Shown: piece by piece, positions 40,810-51,178 of the stretch | How positions within the stretch are numbered: position 1 is the stretch's first letter | How the letters are laid out: every line of letters starts with the position of its first letter | NCBI GenBank assembly: GCA_018302805.1 | Contig: JAGVZD010000003.1 | Span: 6,538-70,537 of the forward strand | Direction of reading: 5' to 3' | Length of the DNA: 64,000 bases | From: Candidatus Woesearchaeota archaeon | GTDB lineage: Archaea > Nanobdellota > Nanobdellia > SCGC-AAA011-G17 > JAGVZF01 | Notes under the pieces: generated by a model | What the model saw: only the letters and a program-made list of their open reading frames with translations | Told to the model about the DNA's origin: nothing | Database searches by the model: none | Program-made: the position numbers and the translations under genes

Positions 40810-40859
40810 AAACCACACCACAACCTTTTTAAATCCTAGCCTTTACTATAAATTTCTAC

Positions 40860-41714
40860 TTGAAAATGGATATTCAAATACTTAAAGAAGAAGAGCTCTA
40901 TTTGAGATTTATAATTAAGGATGTTACTAGTTCTTACATTAATACACTTAGAAGAATGATGAATACAGAAGTACCAATTATGGCAATTGATGAAGTAAAC
41001 TTCATTGTAAATGATTCGGCTTTATATGATGAAATGATAGCTCATCGTTTAGCTCTAACACCTTTAAAAACAGACCTTCAAAGTTATGAATTAAAGGAAA
41101 AATGTACTTGCAAAGGTGTTGGATGTGCCAAATGTCAATTAGTTTTTTCACTTAAAGTTAAAGGACCAAATACTGTTTATGCATCTGATTTAAAGTCCCA
41201 GGATCCAAAAGTAATTCCAGTTCATGCAAGAATGCCTATTACAAAATTAAGTGATAATCAAGTTCTTGAAATTGAAGCAACTGCAAAACTTGGTATAGGA
41301 AAAGAACATATAAAATTCTCTCCTGGATTAATTTATTATCAAGCATATCCTGAAATAAAGTTAAAAGGTGAAATTCCAAATCCTGAAAAATATAAAGACA
41401 TTTGTCCAACCCATGTATTTGAAGTTGAAAATAATAAACTTGTGATTAAAAATTTGTTAAATTGCGATATGTGTATGGCTTGTGTAGAAGCAAATCCTGA
41501 TGATAGCATTGAAGTTAGACCAAGTAAAACAGATTTTATTTTGACTATTGAAGCCTATGGTCAATTATCAGCAAGACAAATTTTTGAAGAAGCAATTCAT
41601 ATTTTTGATGAAAAATTAGATTCTTTTAACAAAAAAATTAAAGAAGGGGAAGAAAGTAAGATTTCTAAGATTACAGAAAGGATAAAAATTAAGAAAAAAG
41701 CCCAACCTATTTAA
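40860..41714 (+). CDS. rpoD: RNA polymerase subunit Rpo3 (RpoD)
   Basis: Carries RRMMNTEVPIMAIDEV and HRLALTPL. Cys clusters CTCKGVGCAKC and CPTH...CDMCMAC (the ferredoxin-like domain of archaeal subunit D). Confidence 0.85.
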   Translation: MKMDIQILKEEELYLRFIIKDVTSSYINTLRRMMNTEVPIMAIDEVNFIVNDSALYDEMIAHRLALTPLKTDLQSYELKEKCTCKGVGCAKCQLVFSLKVKGPNTVYASDLKSQDPKVIPVHARMPITKLSDNQVLEIEATAKLGIGKEHIKFSPGLIYYQAYPEIKLKGEIPNPEKYKDICPTHVFEVENNKLVIKNLLNCDMCMACVEANPDDSIEVRPSKTDFILTIEAYGQLSARQIFEEAIHIFDEKLDSFNKKIKEGEESKISKITERIKIKKKAQPI

Positions 41715-41796
41715 CTTTTATTAATTATTGGCTATAAACGATAAAAAGAATATTGCAGTTAAATTTATAAGTTCTGAACTAGAAAATTTATTAATT

Positions 41797-41827
41797 AGAG
41801 TCACTTTTAGGCTTCAAAGTGTCCTCT
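41797..41827. terminator. Imperfect inverted repeat downstream of rpoD
   Basis: AGAGTCACTTT-TAGGCTTC-AAAGTGTCCTCT, about 80 nt after the rpoD stop. Confidence 0.2.
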
Positions 41828-41875
41828 AAGTACAATAATATTTATATATTACAAATTCCACACTTTTATTCTTAA

Positions 41876-42505
41876 GTGGGGGTAATTATGAAAAAAAGGT
41901 GGATAATAATCTTAGCTATAGGTATAACATTAAGTCTCACACTGATATTTTCCAAGTTTATTAATTCTCCAACAGAAGAAATCCATTATAATGGAAAGGA
42001 TATAGAAGTTAATTCTGAGACAATTGCTTCAGATGATATTGAAAAGGAATATCAACAATCAAAAAATCTTGGGTTTAGTAATTTAGAAGTATCAAAAGAT
42101 GATATAGCAAACTCCCTCATAAATGAAAAATTACTTCTTCAAAGAGCAGATAAAATCGGAATAATAGTATCTGATGAAGAGCAGGAAAATACTTTTAATA
42201 ATTTTTTAACAAATTCTAAATTATCTGAAGAAGAACTTAATACACAGCTTGAATCAACAGGATCCAATTTGGAAGAATTTAAACTTGAATTAAAAAATTA
42301 TTTAATAATATCAAAATTGATTGATAAAGAAGTTAAACCAAATGAAATTACATTAAGTGATAAAGAATTTAATGAGCTGACGCAAGATGACCTAGATCTT
42401 CAAAATGTTAAATTCCTAATTGAAGATGAACTAATAATCCAGAAAAAACAAGAAGCTATTGATAATTATATTGAAAAATTAAGAAACGGAGCTGATATTA
42501 ATTAA
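41876..42505 (+). CDS. Secreted or membrane-anchored protein (SurA-N-like helical region)
   Basis: N-terminal TM (WIIILAIGITLSLTLIF). Length 209 aa. Acidic. Confidence 0.35.
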   Translation: MGVIMKKRWIIILAIGITLSLTLIFSKFINSPTEEIHYNGKDIEVNSETIASDDIEKEYQQSKNLGFSNLEVSKDDIANSLINEKLLLQRADKIGIIVSDEEQENTFNNFLTNSKLSEEELNTQLESTGSNLEEFKLELKNYLIISKLIDKEVKPNEITLSDKEFNELTQDDLDLQNVKFLIEDELIIQKKQEAIDNYIEKLRNGADIN

Positions 42506-42743
42506 ACTTTTACCTATTAAAAGAGTTGAATTTATACTTATCTTGATATTACTATTTCTCAACTTTGCTGTTTCTTTTATTCCGCTACAAAAACATTTCG
42601 TTAAGCATTGCATGCATAGAAAACCAGCCACTCGAAGGGCCAAAAATGGTCGGAGAGACAGGCTTCTAAGTTATGAACGTCACAAACATTATAGGAAATC
42701 TAACCACGTCACGACTGGTATCGGTATTAGTGGGGCCGGCCTG

Positions 42744-45700
42744 ATGAATAGGAGAAATGGGATGAGGAATATTTGGATGTTGGGAGTGATATTTGTAGCT
42801 TTATTAGGGTTTTCCCAAGTTGTATGGGCATTAGAACCTTGGGAAATGAAAAAAGAACATATTGGGGTTATTATAGATTCAGGACATGCATTATATGGAA
42901 CCAATGATCCAGATAGTGCTAATGCTAATAGTCAAAACTTTCTTAGATATGATACAAAGAACGCAAAAGGAAAAACTAGAGGAAGATCTTGTATTGATCC
43001 TTCATTAATACCGTCTAATGACATTGATGACACTTGCGGTAAATACCTAAGATTTAATAATTTAAATAGGGTTGTAACTAGAATACAAAATGACTATGTG
43101 GAACCAGAAGGAATGGTTTTTTTTAGCCGTGGTTTACAAGACATACTAAAAACCAATAATATTGCATCTGAAAATACCAGAGATCTTTCTACCCCATTAG
43201 ATGTAATGTTGGGAAATCCTTTCAGAATAGATGCTGTAACATTTAAATTCACTACTAATGAAGATGATGAAACAATCGTTCCGCTATTTATCTATAATCC
43301 CAATACAGTCCTTAGTATTCCACAAATAAATTTACAAGTAACTGTTACTATTACACCAAGTAGAGATGCAATGTCGATTACAGTTTCTCAGCAGAATTCA
43401 GGTGTTATTTATCAGCAAAATATTAATCAAAATACTCCTCAAAACGAGTTTAATAGAGTATTAGCAATCTCAGTCCCTAACCTTCCCTTTCTAAATATTC
43501 AAAGTCCCCCTGGAGTTGAGATCGATAGATTAGAGTCAATAGTAGAACCGATTAATAATATTCACATAAACTATGAAATAGAAACTGATGATTACTGGTT
43601 AGGCGTCAGACGTTCGAATATCGAAAATGATTGGAGACACGGAGCAGTAACATATTTATGTGAAATGCGGGATCCTTCGTTCTGCCCTTTATCGTCATCG
43701 AACCCAACAGACCCCAGTGATGAAAATTTAATAAGAGAATTATTTGGTGAGGAGGTACAGGACAATGATAGAGAAAAGGATTGGATATTGATAAGTTACC
43801 ATTCGAATTCGGGGGGGAATTCTGATACAAGAGGTTTATTTTCATCACGCCCTAATTTTAAGAGAGATGTTCAAATTGGTTCAAGTGATCAAGTCATAAG
43901 TTGTCATAATTTTTTAGAACCTCAAAATAATATCAACGGTGACCCAAGTCGTAAAAATGATCTATTAACACTTTCAAAAGCACGTTTTACCCAATTTTTA
44001 GCTGATGCCATTGTATCAGAAATCCAGAGAAATAACATAAATTGGCCACAACGTGGAAGAATTATTGATGAAGCTGTCTGCGATAAGGAAGGAGCAGTCA
44101 TCTTATCAGGTAGTATACCTTCTTCAATTATTGAACTTACTTTTCATGATAACATCAATAGCCTTAACACGTTACTAGCATATAATAAAATTAATGAAAA
44201 GAATATTGTAGCTCAAGGAACATTCGAAGGCATCAAAAAATTCTTCAATGCTAATGTGGAAAGTACTGATGATCAAGGTCAAAATTGGGATGTTTTCAAT
44301 ATGATCTCTGATTACCCTAATATTGATGATGTTTGGGCTAAAGGTACCGGGTTTCCAAAAAATCATAATATCAGACTTAATGTTGTGCGACACAAGAATT
44401 ATAATACCGATTATACAAGGGGGGAAGATATAAAAAAAATAGCAGTTAATTCTCAAGAAAATGCTGCTAAAATAGGAATTATAACTGACAATTTTGGGAA
44501 TTTCGGTCCTGTAAAAGTCTGGACTCCAACAATGGAAGGTGAATTTGATATCGTTGCTAAAATATATGATTATGAAAAATTTCAGTGGGTTGATGCTGTA
44601 GACAGTATGGAACTAGGTTCGGACGGCAAAAGCAAACCGGGTTTTGAAGTTATGAAATGCGGTAGTATTTGCAGTTATATCTATAGTTCTGATGAATCAA
44701 GTGCTCTAAAAACAAACTTTTTCACAAATGAAAAAGTTTATGCTGCATTCGCACTTGAGAATGATGGCAATGAAGAAGTCCAAGCAAAAATATTTGTTAT
44801 AAAAAATGAAGTAGCTGAGGCTGGTCCTTCATGGCAAAATTTAGCAGACCAAAGTTCTGACGGTCCTGAAGAAATAACAATACCCGCAGGTGTTGGACAA
44901 GTTGAAAGCGGTAAACAGGTTGTATGGTTACCCCCTCTAACTGAAGGCGTGTACAGACTCGTTGTTGACTTAAATAACAACGGATTGTTTGATTCTGCTG
45001 ACAGAATGGCTGCTGATCCTTTTACAGTACGTAATATAATTACACAGCTTGATGCGGATGTAGATCCAGAAGGCAATGTTCATGTTATTGGAATTGCAGA
45101 AAACACAAATTCCAACCCACCACCAATAATTGCAACAAGATTAATGTATGCAAGAATTCCTCATGACTCTAATTATAAGATAGATCTCGAACATCCAGAA
45201 TTATTTGATTGGAGTGTAGCAAAAGAAGTAAAATTTACAGAAATCCCAAGAACACCCGCAAGAATTTCAAATCCTAAGATTGCTGTTGATATGAATGGCG
45301 AACCGTATATTATTTGGGAAAGGCAAACTGCAGATAATAAATGGCTTCAATGGACAAAGTTAACTAAGGATGGTTTAATAGATACCCAATTCTTTTTTGT
45401 TATCAAAAAACAGCAATCTGAAGGTACTCTGGGAGAACCACACCAACTTTTTGAAAATGTTTTCCTTGCTGAAGGTGGATTACTTAATATATCTTCATTT
45501 AGGAGTTCAATAAACGTAAGTGAATCAGTAGCTGTTGCTCCAATAATATTTTATAGATCCCAACCATTTGTGGAATATGATCTAAGAGAGCCAGATATTG
45601 CAATAGATCCACAAGATAATAGGCCAATTATAACAGCTATCATAAATGCAAAAGCTCCATCAACTTTATTTATGCAAAAGATTCTTCCAATTCTATCACT

Positions 45701-48700
45701 AGGTATTAATCCAAACTTTTTCATATACCCATCAGGCACATTTTCTCAAGGTTTTAACCTAATTAATGAAGCAATAATCCCACCTCTATATTTTGCTGAA
45801 AGTGTACAGGTAGCAAAACTTATTGGAACTGAACTTGGTGTTTTTTCATTTGGTTGGCCAAGTGATTATACTCCTGGTGGTGTGAGATATGGACAAGATG
45901 TAGCAGTATTTACCGATACCATGAATGATATTGCAGACCTTGTTAATGATATGGCAATTCCTAGTGAACGTTCCGATCACTGGAAGTGGAGACATTTGGA
46001 TAGTGCAAGTTTACGTACTAATTTTGATATGTTTTCAAATCCACAAATAGAAGTGGATACTCTTAGTAATCTACATGTTATTTATCACAAAGGTTCATCG
46101 ATATTTGTAGGTGCTACAGGAGATGTTTGGGATCCTGATAATCCAAACCACCTCAACTTTGCACCAATTTTAAGAGAAATGGATGTCTTTGTCAATAATT
46201 CTTTTAGCGTAGTCATGTATAAAAAAGTTCCAATTACATCACAGGATCTACCATCAAATTTTAACATGATTAAAATTCCTCAAGCAGGATCAGATCCAAT
46301 TCAAGTGTCCCTAGAAGCATCTCAGGTTAAACCAAATTCTATTGACTTGGCAATTGATTCTGATGGAGAAAGCCACATTGTTTGGCAATCAAATAATAAA
46401 TTGAAATATACAAAGAGTCCAGATTTTGAAGATAATAATGTATCCCAAATTTTGTCTGCAGAATTAGGAATTTCAAAAATTATTATAGATACAAAAAATA
46501 ATCCAATAGTTTTATGGAATGATAAATTAGGTCTTGAAGAGAAATTATTATTAAAAAAAGTTCTAACCATCAATAGAACTGCAAGTTTTAGTCATACAGA
46601 AGAGATTGCAAGTTCTACTAATATCAGAAATCCCCTGTTAGCTATAAATTCTATTTCCAATAATAACACTGGGGCTAATAGAATATATTCTCTTTGGATA
46701 AATTCAAATGATGTTGGTTCTAGAGTATTACTCAAAAGGACAATGCCACATACAACTATTTTACTCATTTTAGATGGTTTTAATAGCTCTGTATTCTATG
46801 ATAATCTAAATTCTATGGATATTTTGAAAGATCTCATCGAAAATAATCCAACAGTTAATGGATCTGCTGTTATTCCAAGTCCTTTCCAAACATTTTCATC
46901 ACAAGCTTCTCTTATAACAGCATTGCAACCTGAAAATCATGGTATTCTGGGGGATAATTTCACAAGAGGCGATGGTCAGAATATATCATATATTCCTGAT
47001 AACTCACATGATGTTAATCAAGATCTCAATGTAAGTACAATATATGATTTTCTCAGCACGCACAATAGGAGTAAAGCAGTAATCGCAAGTATAATTACAA
47101 AAGGGGTGGGAGGTCAATTAAACGATAAAATCATACCTCCAACGACAATAGATTGGAATTCCGGTTCAAATAATGCAGAAGATTCTATTAATTCTTATTT
47201 TAATATTTTGAATACCAATGATCAAAATACCTCAAATGATCCAGCAGAATTAATAACTGTTTATGTGTTGAAAAATACACACAATCAGATATCTGATTAT
47301 GCTTCTTATGCAGCAAATGTCGATGATACTATAGGCCTTCTAATAGATAAACTCCAAAACATGAAGATGTTTAACGATACTGTTTTGATTATTACCTCAG
47401 ACCACGGTGAAAGTGGCAATATAAACGATACATTAGTACCTATTATAATTACTGGTCCTGGACTTAATTATTTCAGTGCGCAAGGACAAAGTTTTGAAAT
47501 AGAAGAAAATATCGATATAACAGATATCGGAACAACAACAACATTTTTCGTAGCTGGTAAAAGTTTAGTTGATTCAATGGTTGGCGTTGACGGTCAAAAC
47601 TTATTTGATCCTCAACTCTCCTTTACTGCTGAATCTCCTGTTAGATTGCACTTATACGATGAAGAAGGTAATCATGTAGGCCCCAAAGCAAATAATATCG
47701 AGACTGAAATCCCTCTTTCCTATTACACAGAAGATCCAGAAACTGATGCCAAGGAAATTATTTTACTTCAAGCTCCAGAAAAATATAGATTCGAACTGGA
47801 ATCATATGCTGAAGGGCCAGTTCATTTATCATTAAGGCATTCTAAATTAGGACAAAAAATTTTAATAGAATATCCTGAATTTATTATTGTTAATCATTCA
47901 AGAGGTAAAATCGATGCCATAAATGATGATTTTATCTTGGTATTAGACAAAGATAATAACGGTATTTTTGAAGAGACAATTGAACCTTCAACATCATTAC
48001 AAATTAATCAGAGGAACAATTCAGCAACAATAGATATTCTTAATCTCGAATTAAGAGAACCTATTGAAGTTGATGTTGTAGATAATACTAACGCAAAAAT
48101 AATTTTAGAAGCCTATGAAGAAATTTCCAATGAAAATATACAGATTGAAAAATTAAACTTCATAGAATCAAATGGTTTAATTACTGACAATGTGTTTGGA
48201 GTAGATTTTGCAATTAACATTTCTATGAGTTCTAATATATTAGCTAATACTAGTAGTGAATTAGCAATAGTAATACCAGAAGATATAATTAAAAATAAAG
48301 GTATAGCTAAATATTCTTTGTCCATATTTGAACTTGTCTCAAATGAAAGTATTAATCTTAATTTTAGCGAAGAATCTGAGGCAATAATAATTGTAGATGG
48401 AAATGATGTTTATGTTGATACTTTTGCATTTTTTGATGACAAAACAAACATTTTAACTACAGGAATTTCCGGTCCAGGAACTTTCGTAATACTTGCAACA
48501 GATAAAATACCATCAATTACTGACATTATTATAAATCCAGCAAAAACTTCAATTAGCACTTCAAATATTTCTGTTACATCTTCTGTAATAGACAATCAAG
48601 CTGTATCAAATGTTAGTATAATGTTCAATGGCAATACAATTGAAATGCAACATCTTGGTGGCTCCCAGTATACAGCAACACTTATTGGTCCAACCCAATC

Positions 48701-51173
48701 AGGAAAATATCCTATTTTAATTAGTGCCGTAGATAATAATGGTAACCTTGCTGAAAAAACAATTTTCTATGAACTTGATGATGTAGCACCAAATATAACA
48801 ATAAAATATCCTGGGGATAATAGCTTCTTAATAAGAAATACCTTTGACTTTACATATTTTGTTGATGAATTATCAAATCAAACATTTATATTAGATGGAT
48901 TAGAAACAAATACAAATATTACATCACCTTATAGAACAACTAAAATTAGACTAAATAATTTGTCAGCAGGTCCGCATGAGTTGTCAATAAGAGCAATTGA
49001 TGATGTAGCTAACGAAGCTCTTAAAACTATAAATATTAATGTAGACAGCCATAATACACTAGTTTCAAATCTTCAACTACCTCTCGCATCAAAACCAGGT
49101 TTAGTTATTCCGATTAGTTTCAAAGTGGAAAATACATTATCTTTTGATGAGTCAGAAGTCTTAGCAGAATTGGTTGTAGATAATACAGTAGTTTCTACTC
49201 AAAACCTCTCTTTAGGAGGAAATGAAATAAAGCAATTAAGCTTTGAATATATCTCAATTGCTGGCAGGCATAATATAACAATAAGAACAGTTCCAATTGT
49301 AGGAGAAAGATTCTTAGATGATAATCGTTTAAGTGCAGAATTACTTGTCACAAATAAAATACCTTTACTTCTTGTTGAAGATGATGGTATACAAGAAACT
49401 AATGCATTCATAAATGCAATAGCCACAGCAAATGTTGGTGGCATGCCTGGATTTGATTATGTTCTATGGGATATTGAAGAAAAAGGAATTCCTTCTACAA
49501 ATATACTACAGCAATTAAGGGGGGTTATTTGGTACACAGGAACTTCTGAAGAAACATTAAGTGCTCAAGAAAGGAAGAATATTGAAGAATATGTTGAAAG
49601 TGGTGGTAACTTGTTCATCTCAGGAAGTAAAATTGGTAGTGATATTGGATCAACAGATATCTATAATAATGTATTTAAATCGAAATTTGTAAGTCAATCT
49701 ACTCAAAATATTGTAGAAGGTAAACTATTTACAATTGGTCAAGGCTTCTTATTTGAACTAAATCAGGCAGGAGAAGTTATAACTCCAAGCAGTGGAACAA
49801 AAACAGCATTTGTATATACAGGAGACGGAGCTGCAGGTCTCACATATAATGATGAGATCAAACATATTACTTATTTATCATTTGCATTTGAAAGTATGCC
49901 TACTTTTGATGAGCAAAGAAATTTAATGAGTAAAGTACTTGATTTCTTTGAAATTGATGTAGCTGCCCCAATAATTTCAGATATAAAACCATTATCAGGA
50001 ACAAAATACCCAATTAACACATCAAACATATCAGTAAGCATTAAAACAGATGAAATCGCAAATTGTAGACAAAGCATTACACCAGTATTATTTGAATCAA
50101 TGAATCCATTTGATGTTACAAACTCAAAAACACATTCCACTTCAGTTCAAGATATACAAAATGGTGTTAATACAACCATTAGAATTGCTTGTAAGGACTC
50201 TGATGGAAATATTGGTATTGCTGAATCTCAAATCTTTATATGGAATAGAACATTTAATGCGCCTGTAATTCAACCTATTGATGATTTAACAATTCTTGAA
50301 AATGGGACATTACAACTTCAAGTCCAAGTTTCAGATCCTGAAAATGATGATTTTCAAGTTATACTTGAAGACTTTGAAAGATTAGGAATAACTAGAATTG
50401 CAAACCACTTCACATTTGATAATACAAGTACTTTTAATTTAGAATCAAATTTCGAAGATGCAGGACAGTATTTCTTAAGAATTAAAGTTATAGATTTATA
50501 TAATATAAGCTCAGAAGAATTTAAATTGACAATTGAAAATGTAGATAGACCTCCAATAATAGAGCAAATAAATCCTCAATTCCTAATGGAAGGTAATTAT
50601 TATAATCTAACAGTTATTGCATCTGATCCTGATAATGATCAAATAACATTCTTTGACAGTACTGAATTATTCAATATTAATCAATATCTTGGAAAGATTG
50701 CATTTACACCAAAGCAAAGTCAAATTGGTATTTATACTGTAAACATTACTGCACGAAGTTTACTTTATGAAATTGTGCAGGAGGTTCAATTCATTGTAGT
50801 AGATAATGAAAATAGATCAGCTCTTCCAGTAATAGAATTTATCCCCCCAAAAACAGCTTTTGTAGATCATCCTTTTGAACTTCAAGTAATTGCAAATGAT
50901 TCAGATAGTAGTCAACTTATCTATTTTGATAACTCAGATTTCTTTGATATAACTCCAACAGGATTCATAAATTTCACCCCAACAGAATCACAACTAGGTA
51001 GTCATGTATTTACAATTCAAGTTACAGATGGCACATCATTAGTACATAGACAAATTAACATTTTAATCACTAGACCTCCCTTTGTTAGATTATTACCCAT
51101 TGGAAATATAACTGCTATTGCAGGAGAATTAATTACAATCAGACCAAATATAACATTTGTAAACGGAACATAA
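42744..51173 (+). CDS. Giant surface protein 1, multidomain (2,810 aa from this ATG)
   Basis: The ORF is uninterrupted to 51173. The ORF-track TTG start at 42543 is unlikely, and the ATG at 42744 yields MNRRNG...LGVIFVALLGFSQVVWA, a signal anchor. Domains seen: an alkaline-phosphatase-superfamily core (LILDGFNSS...ITSDHGESGN), Ig/CARDB-like domains, a GATase1/ThuA-like domain (LLLVEDDG...GGNLFISGS) and three cadherin-like repeats at the C-terminus. Confidence 0.8.
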   Translation: MNRRNGMRNIWMLGVIFVALLGFSQVVWALEPWEMKKEHIGVIIDSGHALYGTNDPDSANANSQNFLRYDTKNAKGKTRGRSCIDPSLIPSNDIDDTCGKYLRFNNLNRVVTRIQNDYVEPEGMVFFSRGLQDILKTNNIASENTRDLSTPLDVMLGNPFRIDAVTFKFTTNEDDETIVPLFIYNPNTVLSIPQINLQVTVTITPSRDAMSITVSQQNSGVIYQQNINQNTPQNEFNRVLAISVPNLPFLNIQSPPGVEIDRLESIVEPINNIHINYEIETDDYWLGVRRSNIENDWRHGAVTYLCEMRDPSFCPLSSSNPTDPSDENLIRELFGEEVQDNDREKDWILISYHSNSGGNSDTRGLFSSRPNFKRDVQIGSSDQVISCHNFLEPQNNINGDPSRKNDLLTLSKARFTQFLADAIVSEIQRNNINWPQRGRIIDEAVCDKEGAVILSGSIPSSIIELTFHDNINSLNTLLAYNKINEKNIVAQGTFEGIKKFFNANVESTDDQGQNWDVFNMISDYPNIDDVWAKGTGFPKNHNIRLNVVRHKNYNTDYTRGEDIKKIAVNSQENAAKIGIITDNFGNFGPVKVWTPTMEGEFDIVAKIYDYEKFQWVDAVDSMELGSDGKSKPGFEVMKCGSICSYIYSSDESSALKTNFFTNEKVYAAFALENDGNEEVQAKIFVIKNEVAEAGPSWQNLADQSSDGPEEITIPAGVGQVESGKQVVWLPPLTEGVYRLVVDLNNNGLFDSADRMAADPFTVRNIITQLDADVDPEGNVHVIGIAENTNSNPPPIIATRLMYARIPHDSNYKIDLEHPELFDWSVAKEVKFTEIPRTPARISNPKIAVDMNGEPYIIWERQTADNKWLQWTKLTKDGLIDTQFFFVIKKQQSEGTLGEPHQLFENVFLAEGGLLNISSFRSSINVSESVAVAPIIFYRSQPFVEYDLREPDIAIDPQDNRPIITAIINAKAPSTLFMQKILPILSLGINPNFFIYPSGTFSQGFNLINEAIIPPLYFAESVQVAKLIGTELGVFSFGWPSDYTPGGVRYGQDVAVFTDTMNDIADLVNDMAIPSERSDHWKWRHLDSASLRTNFDMFSNPQIEVDTLSNLHVIYHKGSSIFVGATGDVWDPDNPNHLNFAPILREMDVFVNNSFSVVMYKKVPITSQDLPSNFNMIKIPQAGSDPIQVSLEASQVKPNSIDLAIDSDGESHIVWQSNNKLKYTKSPDFEDNNVSQILSAELGISKIIIDTKNNPIVLWNDKLGLEEKLLLKKVLTINRTASFSHTEEIASSTNIRNPLLAINSISNNNTGANRIYSLWINSNDVGSRVLLKRTMPHTTILLILDGFNSSVFYDNLNSMDILKDLIENNPTVNGSAVIPSPFQTFSSQASLITALQPENHGILGDNFTRGDGQNISYIPDNSHDVNQDLNVSTIYDFLSTHNRSKAVIASIITKGVGGQLNDKIIPPTTIDWNSGSNNAEDSINSYFNILNTNDQNTSNDPAELITVYVLKNTHNQISDYASYAANVDDTIGLLIDKLQNMKMFNDTVLIITSDHGESGNINDTLVPIIITGPGLNYFSAQGQSFEIEENIDITDIGTTTTFFVAGKSLVDSMVGVDGQNLFDPQLSFTAESPVRLHLYDEEGNHVGPKANNIETEIPLSYYTEDPETDAKEIILLQAPEKYRFELESYAEGPVHLSLRHSKLGQKILIEYPEFIIVNHSRGKIDAINDDFILVLDKDNNGIFEETIEPSTSLQINQRNNSATIDILNLELREPIEVDVVDNTNAKIILEAYEEISNENIQIEKLNFIESNGLITDNVFGVDFAINISMSSNILANTSSELAIVIPEDIIKNKGIAKYSLSIFELVSNESINLNFSEESEAIIIVDGNDVYVDTFAFFDDKTNILTTGISGPGTFVILATDKIPSITDIIINPAKTSISTSNISVTSSVIDNQAVSNVSIMFNGNTIEMQHLGGSQYTATLIGPTQSGKYPILISAVDNNGNLAEKTIFYELDDVAPNITIKYPGDNSFLIRNTFDFTYFVDELSNQTFILDGLETNTNITSPYRTTKIRLNNLSAGPHELSIRAIDDVANEALKTININVDSHNTLVSNLQLPLASKPGLVIPISFKVENTLSFDESEVLAELVVDNTVVSTQNLSLGGNEIKQLSFEYISIAGRHNITIRTVPIVGERFLDDNRLSAELLVTNKIPLLLVEDDGIQETNAFINAIATANVGGMPGFDYVLWDIEEKGIPSTNILQQLRGVIWYTGTSEETLSAQERKNIEEYVESGGNLFISGSKIGSDIGSTDIYNNVFKSKFVSQSTQNIVEGKLFTIGQGFLFELNQAGEVITPSSGTKTAFVYTGDGAAGLTYNDEIKHITYLSFAFESMPTFDEQRNLMSKVLDFFEIDVAAPIISDIKPLSGTKYPINTSNISVSIKTDEIANCRQSITPVLFESMNPFDVTNSKTHSTSVQDIQNGVNTTIRIACKDSDGNIGIAESQIFIWNRTFNAPVIQPIDDLTILENGTLQLQVQVSDPENDDFQVILEDFERLGITRIANHFTFDNTSTFNLESNFEDAGQYFLRIKVIDLYNISSEEFKLTIENVDRPPIIEQINPQFLMEGNYYNLTVIASDPDNDQITFFDSTELFNINQYLGKIAFTPKQSQIGIYTVNITARSLLYEIVQEVQFIVVDNENRSALPVIEFIPPKTAFVDHPFELQVIANDSDSSQLIYFDNSDFFDITPTGFINFTPTESQLGSHVFTIQVTDGTSLVHRQINILITRPPFVRLLPIGNITAIAGELITIRPNITFVNGT

Positions 51174-51178
51174 TTAAA

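Larger units (their letters stand above)
38072..40850. mobile_element. About 2.8-kb insertion between rps11 and rpoD (four ORFs, one LAGLIDADG-like)
   Basis: The archaeal S13-S4-S11-RpoD order is interrupted by two reverse-strand and two forward-strand ORFs with no housekeeping function. Confidence 0.35.

Noticed and set aside
42543-42743. TTG-initiated N-terminal extension of the giant ORF
   Set aside because: The extension is basic and low-complexity with no signal peptide. An ATG with a clear signal anchor follows at 42744.
42689-50140. Numerous 60-110-aa reverse-strand ORFs inside giant gene 1
   Set aside because: They are antisense to a continuous 8.4-kb reading frame with clear domain content.
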